DNA of 64,000 nucleotides from Styela clava (Eukaryota): NCBI RefSeq assembly GCF_964204865.1, contig NC_135259.1, positions 13,020,001 to 13,084,000 of the forward strand, read 5' to 3'. Shown piece by piece: positions 12,878 to 27,400 of this stretch (position 1 is its first letter; each line of letters starts with the position of its first letter). The notes under the pieces were generated by a model. It saw only the letters and a program-made list of their open reading frames with translations, ran no database searches and was not told where the DNA came from. The position numbers and the translations under genes were made by a program.

Positions 12878-14673
12878 CTAAAACAACGGTTACTGCTAAA
12901 TACCATCCGCAACTCTGGCAACGCTGACAAACGACAGGTTAAATTATTTTCATGTCTTTTTCGTGGACAGAAAGGAAATTGCAATCAACGATAACACATT
13001 CCTATTTATCATTATCAGCGCCAACTAGAAATATCGTAAAGACGAAAAAAGTCTGGCTGTGTTAATTGCTTTACAGTGATAACGCACAGAATAATATCGT
13101 TTTGACCGTCAAACCACGATGCGCAACCGTAAAAACGACGCTGTTGATTTTCTGTGGAAAAAATTTCGCATCAAAAAGTTTTCTCAAATCGGGGAGTATT
13201 ATATCACTCAAACTTGATCCACTAGTGCCAATAAAATTAAATTCTATCACAAATTCAGTTCTAGCAATAAAATGTTTGATGTTTGCATGCGTCCGCGTAT
13301 AGGGTTGAGTACTAAAATAAGATGTGAGATCATTCTCCATTACTTTTTGTAGAACTGATTCAATCAAGAACATACATTACAATATTATATTTTGCAGCAA
13401 CAAATATTTTTCTCGATGGCAAATTATTGTCTTATTTTACTGTGTCACCATGAGTTGCGTGCGAGTAGACAAAGTTGATTGTGAAATATAGTCTAATTGC
13501 GAGTAATAGCTGTATAAATTACACAGAATTTAAACTAACGTTAGATAGTTTGCGTAAATCAGTTTTACGTAAAATGTAATTTCAATATCTTAATAGCTGG
13601 GTTCCAGAATTGCAGTGAGATTTAGGTTCACGATATGCCATTTAAAATTGTTGCAATCTTTATAAGAAAATCGTCTCCCAAAATTTACTAAAATAATCAG
13701 TTTCTTCTTGGAATTTGATGGGTTTCACATCTTGTTTTCCCAATTCTAAAATATGAATTGCGTTTTTGAGTGTCAAAAAACTACCAGTAGCACATGGCTC
13801 GCAATTTCTGTATCAAAATATAAAAATAAAAAAAATTCGCGTAATGGCGGATATCAATCAGATTAAACCCAAATTCTCGAAATTTAATTCCGACCAAGAT
13901 AATTGCTCTCAAACGTACGATATTCCGCTATAAATTTCAAGTACGAAAATTGTGCAAACGTGTCGAAAAATTCTAATTAAAGATATTTTAATAGATTGAG
14001 CCCGTGACGCTGCCTTTTAAAAAGTATAAAGCGGCGAAAGAGATAGGATTATGATGAAGACTCTATATGTAGAAGAACCATGTTAGAATGTTTAAACTGT
14101 TTGGATTTGGGATAAATTTTATACTGGCAATGTACGAAGTTTACAGTGTTTACATCACAACTTCCCGATAGCGTATTTGGTTTTGTATGTGTATTATCAT
14201 CGTTGAAACTTCACTACAAGGATGGAAAAATAAATTTTGAGGAATATTTGAGGTACAACCTTAAACTTCAACACTTTACCATTCCATCCGCGCAGTCAAA
14301 GTTTCAACAAGGATATACACATACAAAACCAAATTTGCTTTTGAGAACTTGGGATATAAACAAATTATTCTTGCAAAGTACTTATCAGCAATATGATGGT
14401 TGTCTTTGCGTAAATTCCATAAATATACAGTTGGCGAGTAAAGAGACAACTATATTGTTTTATCAATTTCATCGAATCAATGAATGCGTATACAAAATAC
14501 TGTCGGGAGTGAAGTAATAAGCCAGCCACCATCCCCCAACATAAAAACGATCGTGCCGAGTAGGAAAAATATTGAAAATAATAAATATAAAAATAAATTT
14601 ACGACAAATGTCATATAGAAAAATTTAACTCGTTTTCAACCCAATTTTTTTTAGTTTCATAATTCTAGTAGTT

Positions 14674-15413
14674 ATGGTATCTGTTAAATTCTGGAGCGTT
14701 TTGTTTTTGGTATCCTGGGCTGGTCTTGGATTGTTTCAACCAGCAGAAGGTCTGGACGTCAAACAACTCATCTCCATAATTAATAAAGCTATTTTCAGTG
14801 TTACCAAGATTTTTGAAGCAACGATTAATTCTGATGATAAAGCGAAAAGAAAGGAAAAGAGTAAAAAACAAAGCAGGTGGAACTATGATTTTCAAGTCAT
14901 GTTTTTTGTCTACAATTCTTACGAACTTAATTGTATGGATTACTTATCAGATATTGTTTTCTGTATACATTTAATTTATGTAATACATGTAAAATTTTGC
15001 TTCTGAACTAATTGGACTTTCACAAGCCGTTCCATATTTATGCGCATCAACTTTTATGTAGCGGGGAACTAAGCTTTGGAAGACACTTAAACATAGTTTA
15101 TCCATGTATTACGACATGGATAAGATATTACGAGCATGAATTCTCATTTAAATCGCAGTTTATATTCAACGATGCCAGTGATTATTTACAAGACTTATGC
15201 TTATTATGTTTTTATTGAGTTTTACTTTTCAATAATTTTAGACATTCTCATGACCAAATAAAATGGAGGAAAAAAAGAAATTTGGACGATTCTTTGGAAA
15301 ATGAAGGTAAAGAAAAATAGAATTAAATAAAATTTATTTTGAATGTAAATTTACAGAGTTATTATATTTATTTTTCAGATGTAATCTATCTTTTTGACGT
15401 GAAACGTGACTAA
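14674..15413 (+). CDS. Secreted prepropeptide PC; exons 14674-14876, 15242-15306, 15379-15413; MVSVKFWSVLFLVSWAGLGLFQPAEG-LDVKQLISIINKAIFSVTKIFEATINSDDKAKRKEKSKKQSR|HSHDQIKWRKKRNLDDSLENE|DVIYLFDVKRD*
   Basis: Signal peptide ending AEG, family intron phases, W-RKKR site, YLFD tail and AATAAA at about 15499. The first donor (AG|gtggaa) is weaker than the others. Confidence 0.83.
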
Positions 15414-17749
15414 TAACAAAAGCATAAAAGTGGACAAAGACAGTTTACTAATTGAGAAAAACATTTTTTTGTTAGTTCAATACATATGAATGATGAGAAT
15501 AAACTAAAAATTTGACAACCACAGAAATTTCAGTGTTTTTGTTGGCAAATCGAGTATAGCAGCAGAGTCAATTGATTTTATTCAGTAAGACTTCACCTTT
15601 TAGCAGCCTGATTGTGTAGTGCAACGTAGCAAGCGGATCATGTTTTTAATGTATCCGTTATTGAATTACCTCAATCACATTACCGAGTTTTCAGAAATTT
15701 CTCGAGAAAAAAAAAAATTTAATTAACCGAATTCTTTTTTATCTAGAACGTTAAGATGTCAGATCTCTAGGGGTTTACGAGTAATCTATATCATTTTGTT
15801 TTTACATGAAATATCACAATGTTGAAAATTAATGCCAAATGTGTACTTGTCGAAAATGGGATATTAATAGAAAATTATTGCAAAAATAGACAAAGAAATA
15901 CTTACGGATAAAAATATGGTATTTAAGGGGTAATTAAGCATAATAGTATGTTACAGTTTCTGGCTTCAATACGGGTTTATTAATATATTTAGGTTAATCA
16001 CACTGTTTAACACAGTTTTTGTTTCTGGCTTCTATTTATTATTTTCTAAGTGGTTACACCTCAAAACTGAAAAAAAATGGCAACAATTGTTTTCAAATTT
16101 TGGCTTTGTGAAAATTTCGGTATATAAAACAGCGTAACAATTTTATTATGCTGTTGTCCTGTTCCATTTTTAGTGTATATATTCGATAATCCAGATGTTT
16201 GTTTCTTTATTCTATGTAAATCTTGAAGAAACTAATACGAACTCATTTCAAATAACATTTTAGCAAGTAAAAATATCATTGATTGATCAAAAATTTTTTT
16301 CTTGAATTCCAACTATAGTCCAATTCGATTTCATGAATATGTATATACCATATCCATCATTTATTCACTCATTACACTGTCATTGGTAATGATCTCGTAC
16401 TACTTTCTACTTCTTTTTTTCTTCTTGTTGTGAAAAAAGAATTTTTTTTTAAATTCCAGTCGCTAAAGATTGTATTTTGCGCTAGGGGGCTGTTAATTTT
16501 ATTTTTTTCTAACATTTCTGTGGGTTTCACGAGATTCGTTTTTGTGTGCGATGACGGTATTAAAAATTGCGCACCTTGTGGCGGTTCCGCGTTCGCTGCT
16601 GACTGGTGGCCAAGTCGTGAAGACTGGTACCGGTAGTCTACCGTGACATATTGGATACCGGACTGCTTGGTTTTAGTCTTTGTGTCCATATATTTGACTA
16701 TCGCTTTCTTGTTCATGCTAGCATTTCATGAATCCTCGGGACTTTGAGAATTATTATGTTTACGCCAAATCTGAATTTATTCAAGATCCTCAAAGACGTT
16801 GTGTATGTTAATTAAGGAGAAATTGATAAAGTAAAGTGTTAATGCACCACACGTTTTATTCTAAGGGTATGATAACAAGAATATTTTTGTCTATCGACTT
16901 ATCACGAAATAAGTATGATAATTATATAATTTACCGATTTTCAAATACATAGAAACTGAATTAATTTCAATAAATAGCTGCAATTATTTCGCATAGGGTT
17001 TCGTGGATACGTAAAACATTTTTAGGAATAAGTTCTAGGGTCATCGGTTCACATGATTCGTTAAACGAATGCTGATATATAATTATCAATTAATCGCTTT
17101 TTCCATATATATCAGGTGCGTATACGGTAAATTGGTCGACAGATGATCTTGTGATATCATGATGAGTAGTCTTGAAGCTGCTAACTTTTTTCATATAAGA
17201 ATTAGCGTTGGGAAAGAGAGCGAGAAAGAGAAGGATGTGCTCTGCGAGAAAAACCTATTTTTTTCAACTATTTTTCAAGGATATTTACGCAATGTAAGGT
17301 CACGTGCACTCAGATATTGAGGAATTGATCTCTGAGCGCTTTATTGTCATATTACAAGAAACAGGCATTCTCAATTTTAACTACGCTGGATTTCTTTCTC
17401 ACTTGTTCAATATCCATAATTGCAAAAATCTAAACTTTTTAGGTGCAACTTCAGAACGCCACCAAAGTCCGAAATTAATTTTATTAACTTCCGTCTCAAG
17501 AAGGCTCAATTCACTAACCTAAGTAGCAATTATCTTTGATAATTGCGATAATCTCTATAAAGATGATTGAATACTTAAAAAATATTAGTTTGCCCAAAAA
17601 ACTTAAGCTCAAACTTACGTAACTTAAAATTCTCATAGTCTTGCAGATCTCAAAGTTTTAAGGGTTTTAAATATCTTTTAAAAGTGTTTTGTACCGAAAA
17701 ATCTTTTTATGTGTTAAATCTAATCTTCTTGTTTTCATTGCAATACCAG

Positions 17750-19445
17750 ATGTCTTTCACTAGAAGTTTTACATTCGTACTTACAATATGTATTTTGACA
17801 AGCGCTTTGTTTAAGACAACGAATGGCACGAATGATCCAGCTCATTTCGTTTATGAAATTGTAGAAAAATTTCGACCAAGATTTGAGATAGCCCACATGT
17901 CGAGGTACGTTTCTGAAATTCACTTGGACAAATATTTATTTACAAATATTTACTGCTGTATTCATATCAATCCTGAACTGCGACTTGAACTGGAGAACGA
18001 AAAAAAAACATTTTTTATTAAAACGGTAGTTACTGGTGCGAGTTTTTACATGAAAAAAGTCATTTAACATTTTGATACATAAAGTCCCAATTTAAATTTA
18101 CATCTAACTGAGATACAGGCTACAAAAATTGCAATGAAGTACATGAAGATATATTTGGGCAATATTATTATGCAAACCAAAATTTGGCTATAAAGATATA
18201 TTATGTGATATGTTTTGGTTGTTAAAATATTATTTCCATTTGATTTGAAGGAGTAGCGTACCTAATTTCTGCTCCATTCTCTTCGTATTTGTGTTGTACA
18301 TTTCGACTGCAAAAAGAACCGAACCGACTATGATGATTTGGTCAAATTTTTACTCACAACTTTTGTAAACTGTAGTATGACAGAACTTTGTGAAAGTCGG
18401 TTGCAAGACCTTCAAAGCACCCACCCACATATCATATTTATTATTCTATATATAATATTCTACAAGGCAGCACCATTGCTACATTTCTTACTAAGTCCTA
18501 AATTTGAGCCATTCCAATATTTTTACCCATCAAATTTTCTTTTCTTTTACCTGTATCACTAAAATTAATTTTTTTTCTTTTCAAAGGCACTCGGTTCGCA
18601 GTAATATACTATGGACATTTGCGGGAAGCAATTCAGGTGACAGTAGCGACGACGGTAAGTGTACTGGTGTTAAATTATAAAATCGTTATCAAGCGAAAAC
18701 CTGCAATATCGAAACTTAACAATTATATGCCGTGTGAAACTGAAATATTTTGTATATTCGTAAAATTTGATTTAACAGGGGATAAATAATGTGAAACATC
18801 GATAGCTGGATTGCGTTTCGTCGTCTTTTTTGGACACGGAATGTACATATGGATTGTCCTGTTTTCTCTTATTGTTATGAAAAAATCGCTTTTTCCAATA
18901 ACTACTGGACCAAATTGGTTTAAAATTTTCATCGAGGATTATATTTTTACTAGAAGACTATTACTGTTATTTTTTTCAATTTTTATGGGCTCTACGGAAT
19001 TCATATTTTGTTTGCGATGATGTCATCAAAAATTGCCTACCTGTGGTAATTAGTTGTGAAGACTGCCGCACCGGTAGTCCACTGTAAAAGATTGCATACC
19101 TGTACTACTTCGTTTTGCTCTTCGTGTTTATATATTTGGTCATCGCTCTTTTGTTTTCAATACAATTACTATACAAACCCAATGAATCATAGTTGTATAT
19201 TGAATAGTACAAGTATAAAAATTATACTTCAACCCTGCTGCGGGTACAAAAGTCAAGTATATTTAACTTATATTTAAACTATAATTGTGAAATTGCCTCA
19301 TTTCATGTCCATACGCATATAATTATATGATAAAGAATGTTTATATTTGTGACGTAGTACGCGCCGGTTTGTGTTAGTGGTAAAATGTACTGATTTTGCT
19401 TATGTTACAGAAGTTGGAGATCTCTTCGATGTCTTTGAGGACTGA
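17750..19445 (+). CDS. Secreted prepropeptide PD; exons 17750-17904, 18587-18654, 19411-19445; MSFTRSFTFVLTICILTSALFKTTNG-TNDPAHFVYEIVEKFRPRFEIAHMSR|HSVRSNILWTFAGSNSGDSSDD|EVGDLFDVFED*
   Basis: Signal peptide, AG|gtacgt and G|gtaagt donors, DLFD tail. Close paralog of PE but lacks the dibasic site after Trp. Confidence 0.85.
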
Positions 19446-21682
19446 TAGCAATGATACTTTATATGCAATTATTCCAAATAAATCCAATAAAATTATGCAT
19501 CTTGCTGCTCTGGTATTCATTTATTCTTTCGGCGCACGAGCCACATTGATCAGAAGAAGACATTCAAGATAGACATTTATTATTTGTTGCAGATATAGAC
19601 AGAGAAATACGTGCGGACAAAAATATGATATTTTAGGGAGTGATTATGCGTAATTATATGTTACTGTTTTTGGCTTAATACGGGTTTATCAGTATGGTTA
19701 AGTTAATTACACTATGAAACACAGTTTTTGTTCCTGGCTCCTAATTATTATTTTACACGCTTAAATTGATGATGACTGGCATTAATTCTTTTAACATTTT
19801 TGTTTTGTTAAAAATTTGGGAGGTGTGCCCCAAATCGGATTTTGTGACATAAACCAGTGTACAATTTCAGTATAACATACATAGTCTGGTGACTTTTTTA
19901 GTGTTTTCGATATTACAAAAATGTGTTTCTTGTATTCTATTAATGAAATCTTGGAGGAATCAATACAAAACCATTTTAAATAATTTTTTAGAAGCTAAAA
20001 AGACTAATAAATGATAAAAATTTCCAATCATAGTCCAAGTCAATTTTATGAATACGCACTCATATGTATTCACCCATCGTTCACTCATTGAACTGTCGTT
20101 AAAACGAACTTTTACAATCCTGCCGCGGTAATGTGTGAAAAGGGCAAGTTTTAAATGTAACATGGACATCAATGTTTTGCTTGAGAAGTTGTAGGTTTCG
20201 TGATAAATATTTACATAAATCTTATCAAACATAAAAACATTTAAAACTTATTTTTTTGCCATATAGAATCAATTTTTATATATTAAGACAAAAAATACGA
20301 AAAAATAGAGAACCAAGTTTAATTTCAATGTATTAAAAATGATTTAATAAAAATTCATAAAGAATTATATTATTTTTGCGCCACAATCTATCTATCCCAA
20401 TAGAAGCTAAAATGGACGTTTTACGTCGGTGAGCTTTCTAACACGCAGATTTGCATAATAGCTTGCGCAACTAAGTATATATCACTAAACTTCATTCAAG
20501 AAAAAAGAAATATTTGGGGAAAATGAAGTTGGAATACCCGATCTGCCAGACGGTTAGACAAACACAAAATTGCTATTTCCGATGATTTGAGAAATATTTG
20601 TTAGATATGACAGCATGGCAATGGATGTGGTATTCCATAAAATATGTGCGTGCATGTGCGGGGGGAAATGAATATCAGAATATTTTCTTAAGCTTGTGGA
20701 AGAAAAGATAGAAACGATTCGATCATTTGACGTTAAATGTTTTTATACGTATGCTAGCGTTTTTTGAATCTTCGTGACTATCATGTTCAAGTCTAATCTG
20801 AGTTTATTCAAAGTTCCAAAATACCTTGTGTATATTAATTAAGGAGAAATTAATAAACTAAATGTCAATGAACCACACGTTTAATTCTGGGTGTATAATA
20901 ACAAGAATATTTTTGTCTATCGACATTGTAAATATCACGAAATAGTACGATAATTATATAATTTAAAATTTCAAATACATAGAAACTAAATTAAGTACAT
21001 TAAATAGCTGCAATTAGAGGAAATTCATGAAGAAGTAAAACAGTTTCAAGAATAAATTCTAAAGTTCGTTAGACGGATGCTAATGTATAATTATCTATTA
21101 ATCGCAGCACATTTTCTCTATATATCAGGCGTGCAGGGTAAATTAATCGTTAGATGATCTTGTGATATCATGTTGAGTAGTCTTAGCTGGTAACTTCTTT
21201 CAAATGAAGCGGGAGGCAAGAGAGAGTGAAAAGAATTAAAAGTGAGAGCGAAGGAGAGCACTCTACAAGAAATAGTCATTTTGTTTTATAACCCCTTCTT
21301 ACTAAAAACGGGAAATCTCTAAACTATCTACGCAGGACTATTTTATGCTTTGTTTTATTTGCATAGTTGCAAACTATCTAAACTTTGAAATTGCCGAATT
21401 TTTAAAACGCGACTAAAACGTGAACTACCGGTAACTCAAACGCTATTTTCAATTTAATCCCGGAGATCCAATAACATGAGTAGCGATAATTTTTGACGGC
21501 GCCCGAATGACTATCTGTAAAGTGTTTATTGAATATTAAAAGCATCGACTTGCTTCGTACAAAATCAAGTCTAACGTGACTATAAACGTGCAGTTTACCT
21601 TATAGCATTACGTAAGTATTTTGTACTACAAAGTCTTTGATATTTGTTGATTTTAATCTTATTGTTTTTATCATAATACCAG

Positions 21683-22895
21683 ATGTCTTCCTATAACTAT
21701 TTTAAATTAGCATTTATGATATGCTGTTTGACAATTACAATGTTTGAGTCAACGGATGGTACATATCCAACTTATTACAGAAAATACATTTATGAAATGG
21801 TATCAAGAATGTCACGATATCAGATAGCTTATTCGACAAGGTACGTTTTTGAAATCCAAATGAACAAATATTCAGACCTTATTATACCAATCCTGAACTA
21901 CTGCTGCAGTTGCATCAATCACTCTGTAAACTAGAATGAACAATTTTGCGTCTAAAGCAGTATCGATGCAGATGCCAACCGAAATTTTACTATAAATATT
22001 TGATATGCTTCAGTTGTGCACTCAAATATAATTTATTTGGTCTATTGGGGTAGCGTACCTAGCTAATACTCCTTTCTCTATGCATCTGAGTGAGTGTCTG
22101 TGTTCTGGCTGCTAGGATGCCACAGTAAGACGTGAAACAGCTGTATTGAATGTAGTTCAAATAGGTTGGTTCACGCTTTCACACAACATTGCTGTAAAAT
22201 TTGCTGTAAAAACTTGGATAAATAAAGTGTGATGCAAGATATTTGAACGAGCATTCAATGAATAGTTTGTGTTATTCTATATATTTTACAACTCATAGAC
22301 ATCGCTATATGTTGTAACTCTTGAATTTGAGAATAATTTTTAATTACTGTTCGTAGGCACGCCAGTCACAGATTTGGGCCTGTGATATGGAGGTACAAAA
22401 GAAGCGATCCAGATGAAAACATCGACTATGGTAAGTGTAAGGATGTTGAATCTTCATCTAGCGATAATATATATTCAGATATTCAAAAATGCTAAGCCTT
22501 ACCTACAATATTGAAACTAATCAGTTAGTTATACGCGACATGAAACTGAAATACCTCAAATTTATTTCATTTTGAATGAACAAATTTAAGAGCAACATAA
22601 CATTTCGTCGACCGAGTTTTCAAAATTCATTCTAATTTCCAAATCCCAAGCATTACAATTGTATATTGAATAGAGAAAATATGAAAGATATTTTTACCTA
22701 GGATATACAAAAGGCATGAATACTCACCCTATCATTTACTATGGTAAAGTTTTCATATTTCATGTCCGTACAAATAAAATTGAATATTAAAGAACGTGCA
22801 TTACTGACGAAGTATGCGCTGATTGATGTTAGTTATAATCAAATTTATTTTTTGTTGTTACAGATGTTGCTGATCTCTTTGACGTCGAAACGTAG
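21683..22895 (+). CDS. Secreted prepropeptide PE; exons 21683-21840, 22357-22430, 22864-22895; MSSYNYFKLAFMICCLTITMFESTDG-TYPTYYRKYIYEMVSRMSRYQIAYSTR|HASHRFGPVIWRYKRSDPDENIDY|DVADLFDVET*
   Basis: Signal peptide, canonical splice sites (phases 2, 1), W-RYKR site and DLFD tail. The ATG directly follows an acceptor (ataccag|ATG), as in PD. Confidence 0.87.
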
Positions 22896-24402
22896 CAGCA
22901 ATGGGGGTCATTGCTACATATATTGCATCATTCCAAAGAAATGTACAAAGAAACGTCATTTCCCTGCTGTGGTAATCATTTATGACTTTGACGCTTGAGC
23001 TACGTTGATCAGAAGAAAAGTTTTAAAATATGTTTTTATGTAATTTTTTCAAATTTTGTTGTATTGTGTTCTGTGGGAATATTTTCTTGTTTTTGTAAAT
23101 TGCATTTTCAATAAAATCACAAACAAAGAGTTGCGGGGTTTGATCATAGTGGGGTATGCAAGAATATTATAAATATATTCATTAAAATTATAGTTTGGTT
23201 TTGATTTTAGTGTAAAAATATCAGAAATGAAGAGATAAGCATATATCATTGGATCACATAGTTGCTAAATTGCTATAAAAGAGTTGCAAAATTGTTACCC
23301 GAATCAAGCGCTAGGATTATGATGTATTATGGGTTGTGTGAGTTTTTTTTTTATAAAAACGAAATTTTCAATGCACCTATAAATCGTTTTTTTCTGAATT
23401 GTTGTCTTTCTTGGTAGGTCTATGAACAATTTTAGTTCGTTTTGAAACTGTTCAGTATTTAAATAAGGAAGGAATGATTAGAAGGATGTCTAGCGTAATC
23501 CCCCCAATTGGACACACCCTCACGCGGCATTCGGGGAAATTATTTTATCTGGCATTTTTCTTCCATTGTGGTGTACATATTCGTCATTAGATCTTCATGT
23601 CCATGTAAGTGTACATTGCTTTCTTATTTGAAAAGCCAGATTTTGTGATAAAATTTGCAAGAGGTTGAAGTAAAATGGCCTCATAATAGTGCAAAACAAA
23701 ATCAACAACATTAGCCCGCTTGATTTTTCAACACTGGCAGTTTATATCAGCTAAGCAGATTCACAATTTGACATTGTATTTAGAACGAACAAATTTCAAA
23801 ATAATAGTTCAACCAATACTGCTGGCTTAAGTAATTATTATTTAAAATTAGATGAATTTTCTCATTAATGTGGTAGTTACAGCTTATTTCAATCTCTATA
23901 TAATTAATTTATCTCTTACTAAATTGGGCTCACTAATACATCAAATTTGAAAACATGAATGACGCATCACTAAATTTACCTTGATATGTAAAATAATTAG
24001 CAGTTTGAGGAAATTTTCTTTTAAAAGAGCCGCTTGCGTGAAATGACCATGCACTTTTTAATTACAAACGTGTTCGAATATTTCTCACAAGATAATATTA
24101 AAGAGAAATATATTTAATAAGGGGATGAGGCGGAAAATGGGGAAAAGAGGCCTGTTTACTTCATTTAGCCACTTCAGAGCGATTATTAATAATTTTTTAA
24201 CCAATTCTGAATAAGAAACTCACTACTTCTAAGATTGAGCAGGCTCATGTATAATATTAAAATTTATTTGCTGAATATTAACTCCATTCAGAAGCCTATT
24301 TTGAATAGCGAAACTGCACGGTCAATAACGAACGAATAGATGTAGATATTGAAAAACATAAATAGTTAATAAATAGAAAAATAGATAAATAAAGAAAATT
24401 CA

Positions 24403-27400
24403 TCAAGTCCAATTGAATCTTTTATTAATAATTTCAAACAATTCTTCGTTATATTTGTTATAAAACTTTTTCAAAGAATTTAATGTTTCCTTGCTCATCA
24501 TATCAGAAATTGTTTTGTTTCTTGTTGTGCCTTTTGTGTCCGCTAAACATTGCACAGCATTGTCTTTTCTATGTACTCTTATACAATGATATCCCTTCGC
24601 TTTGTCAAACACAATATCTCTTTCATCAACTTTAATTTCCAATCCCAAAAATTTCTGTGTGTCCTGTACAACCTTGACTGGATCGGTTAGAAGATCTTCA
24701 CCATTGATGATGTGAATTTGTTCCAACGGAAAGTATTTCAACCAGTTTTTCAGATAAACAGAATAGATTCCAGTATTTAGTATTGTAAGATAATATCTCG
24801 AAGATGACCAGCTATTTAAGATCTGTTCTTCAATTGATGGGAAATATCGACGTAACACTCTTTCGTTTTCTTTTATATATTTTAAAACATCTCTCACGAA
24901 ATCATCAAAGTTAGACGGCGCTGGAATATTTTTCTGTGCAATGATAAAAGAAGGGTTATGCATCCTACCGCGAATGTAGCAATTTTGCTACAACTTTACA
25001 TTGAATGTTTTTGTTTAATGAAATAGTGTTATGTTTATATAAAGAATTTATATTGAAGAGTTAGCTATTTGTAATATAAGTAAGATATTTGTGTTAGATA
25101 TTCGTGAGACTTTTAGACAAAATTGATGATGAAATATTGGAAAAATAGAATATTTCACTTACTCCATTAGAAAAATTAAAATTATCAATGCGAACTTATT
25201 TTCAAACTTTAGATGGGACACATTTGATGGTCAGAAATGATTGTCACAATAGTTGTGAATATTCCATTTTTTTTTAATAATTGTATCATCAAATGATATC
25301 GTTTTATATATGTTTTCAGACTGTATGTTTCTTAAAAGATATTGGTTTATAACAGAATTCCCACTTCAATATAGTAATCTACAGATATGAAGGTTGAAGT
25401 ACCTGGATTCTTAGAAGACTCTTCATGGTTCTATGAGATTCAAAATTAAAATCCGAGTACGCTCTTTTGATAGGATCACAGACAACTAATATTAATTTCA
25501 TATTTGGATTCATTCGTTTTACATTGAGTGGAACATCTCTCAGCACGAAATATCTTGGCGACTTTTCCATTGTAATTTCATGTGGAGCAGTATAGGGCAT
25601 TTTTGATCTTAAAAATGTGTATTTGATTTAGTTTATAGTAAGTTATTCAAAATTGACACAAAACGCATGCGGAGGACTTTGAGGCATATATATTTCAATA
25701 AAAACATAACGATACCGCTTTGATATAATAAATATTCTGTGGTCAGATTAAGATTTATAGGCAATAGCGTGTTACGTACTAGAACATTGTTACAATTTTT
25801 ATTCGATTCATAAATATAATTTATGACATCAAAGAGTGATTTCATAGCTTACCTGTAAAACTCAGTACCTTTTTTGTAATCACTTGTGTCGAAGAAATGA
25901 AGTTCAGGGTTATTAGGTAAAACTATATCAGGATGTAAGTCTAAGAATCTCATTAATGCAGTCGTTCCGCATTTCTTGACTCCAATTCCTAAGACCTGTT
26001 AAAATATGTGAAATAATTTCTGTTCGAACAGCAACGTGCTTTGTTATCCTAATTGAAATCCATAGCTCTGGTGAGTCAAACCAGATCCGGTAATTCGTTA
26101 AAAAAATACATTCGGATGATTCGTTCATGATTTCTCCCCACATTGTAATTAGAATTATATTAATCGGATAAAATGTCTATATAGACCAATAAAACTTTTT
26201 TCAGGCTCATTGAGGCTTGGTTTTATGATATTGTAATCCCTGTGTGACTGTGACTAAATTACATATAAACAAATATGTTCTTGAGTTTTTATATCGTCCT
26301 AGAAAACTTCGGAAGAATATTAGTCATTGAACAAAACACGTCAATTTACCAAAAGTTGTACTACAAATTGTAGATAATTGAACACGGAATGACCTATCGC
26401 TCATTTTGTTTTTATTAGAAGAAGCATTTGTTTATGTATTTTGTCGTTGGGCTCTCTTTTCTTGATCACCTCATCCATTTAACCGAATAATAACATCAAA
26501 ATTGACAAAATGTATCATCCTAATATATCGATGTTGATATTCGTATGTGTAACAAAACATTTCAATTTGTAGGTAAATGTGAAGGCACAAACACTTGCCC
26601 TATAGACTTATCTGGTCTTCTAGTGTGAGAATAAAGCAATTTGGTTATGTTTGGGTTTATCTATTGATGACAAACAAAATTGCTTGTTTGAACAACTAGA
26701 ATGCAGTAGTATAATCTCACTGCTTTTTCATTCGTTCGTAATATCGTATAGTCATTATTCATACCTTTGGTAAACGTTTTTCATATTTATATCCCATTTT
26801 TCTTATTTGAAGTTTTGATGCTTTTGTAGTGAAGTAATGAACATTTTTATTGGCAACCTGGTAACAAATGACGGTATGAGACGTGAACAAATTAGAAAAA
26901 TATATCGCTTGAAAATTTTTGCGATCTTTTAAAACATGTTGGTTGCTGTACGTGCATATTTTGAAGAGCATATTCTACCTTCAAGCCAAAACTATATTCA
27001 AACTGTTCCAGGTATTTGCGTCTGATTTGTTATTGGACACGTTTAGTGGCCATAACGATCGTTTCAATATTATGTTGTTGTTGTTCTTGTTCTTTGACAC
27101 GTTTTTAAAAAATCGCTTTTCTCTTCGAATACTGGACCAATTGCTTTGAAATTTTCAGTGGTTAAAGATTAATTTCTTCGCTAGAAGGCTATTACTTTTA
27201 TTTATTTCAAAATTTTGCGTGAATTCTATGAAATTTGATATTTCGTCTAAAATTTTGCTGTATTATTTTTTATTCATGGGAACACGGATTTTAGTCAGTG
27301 TCATGACTGGCTGTACGTTTTGATTCTGCAAAATTCTTGCTACTGGAAATTCAGAACTTATTTGAGGGTACCGGTAGCGTCAAAGGTACCGGTAAAGACT

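Larger units (their letters stand above)
15900..23020 (+). repeat. Older diverged tandem duplication carrying PD and PE (about 15900-19560 vs 19630-23020)
   Basis: Alignable non-coding blocks: 15941-16030 vs 19651-19745, 16720-17190 vs 20750-21200, and the 3' UTRs 19500-19560 vs 22960-23020. Confidence 0.8.
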
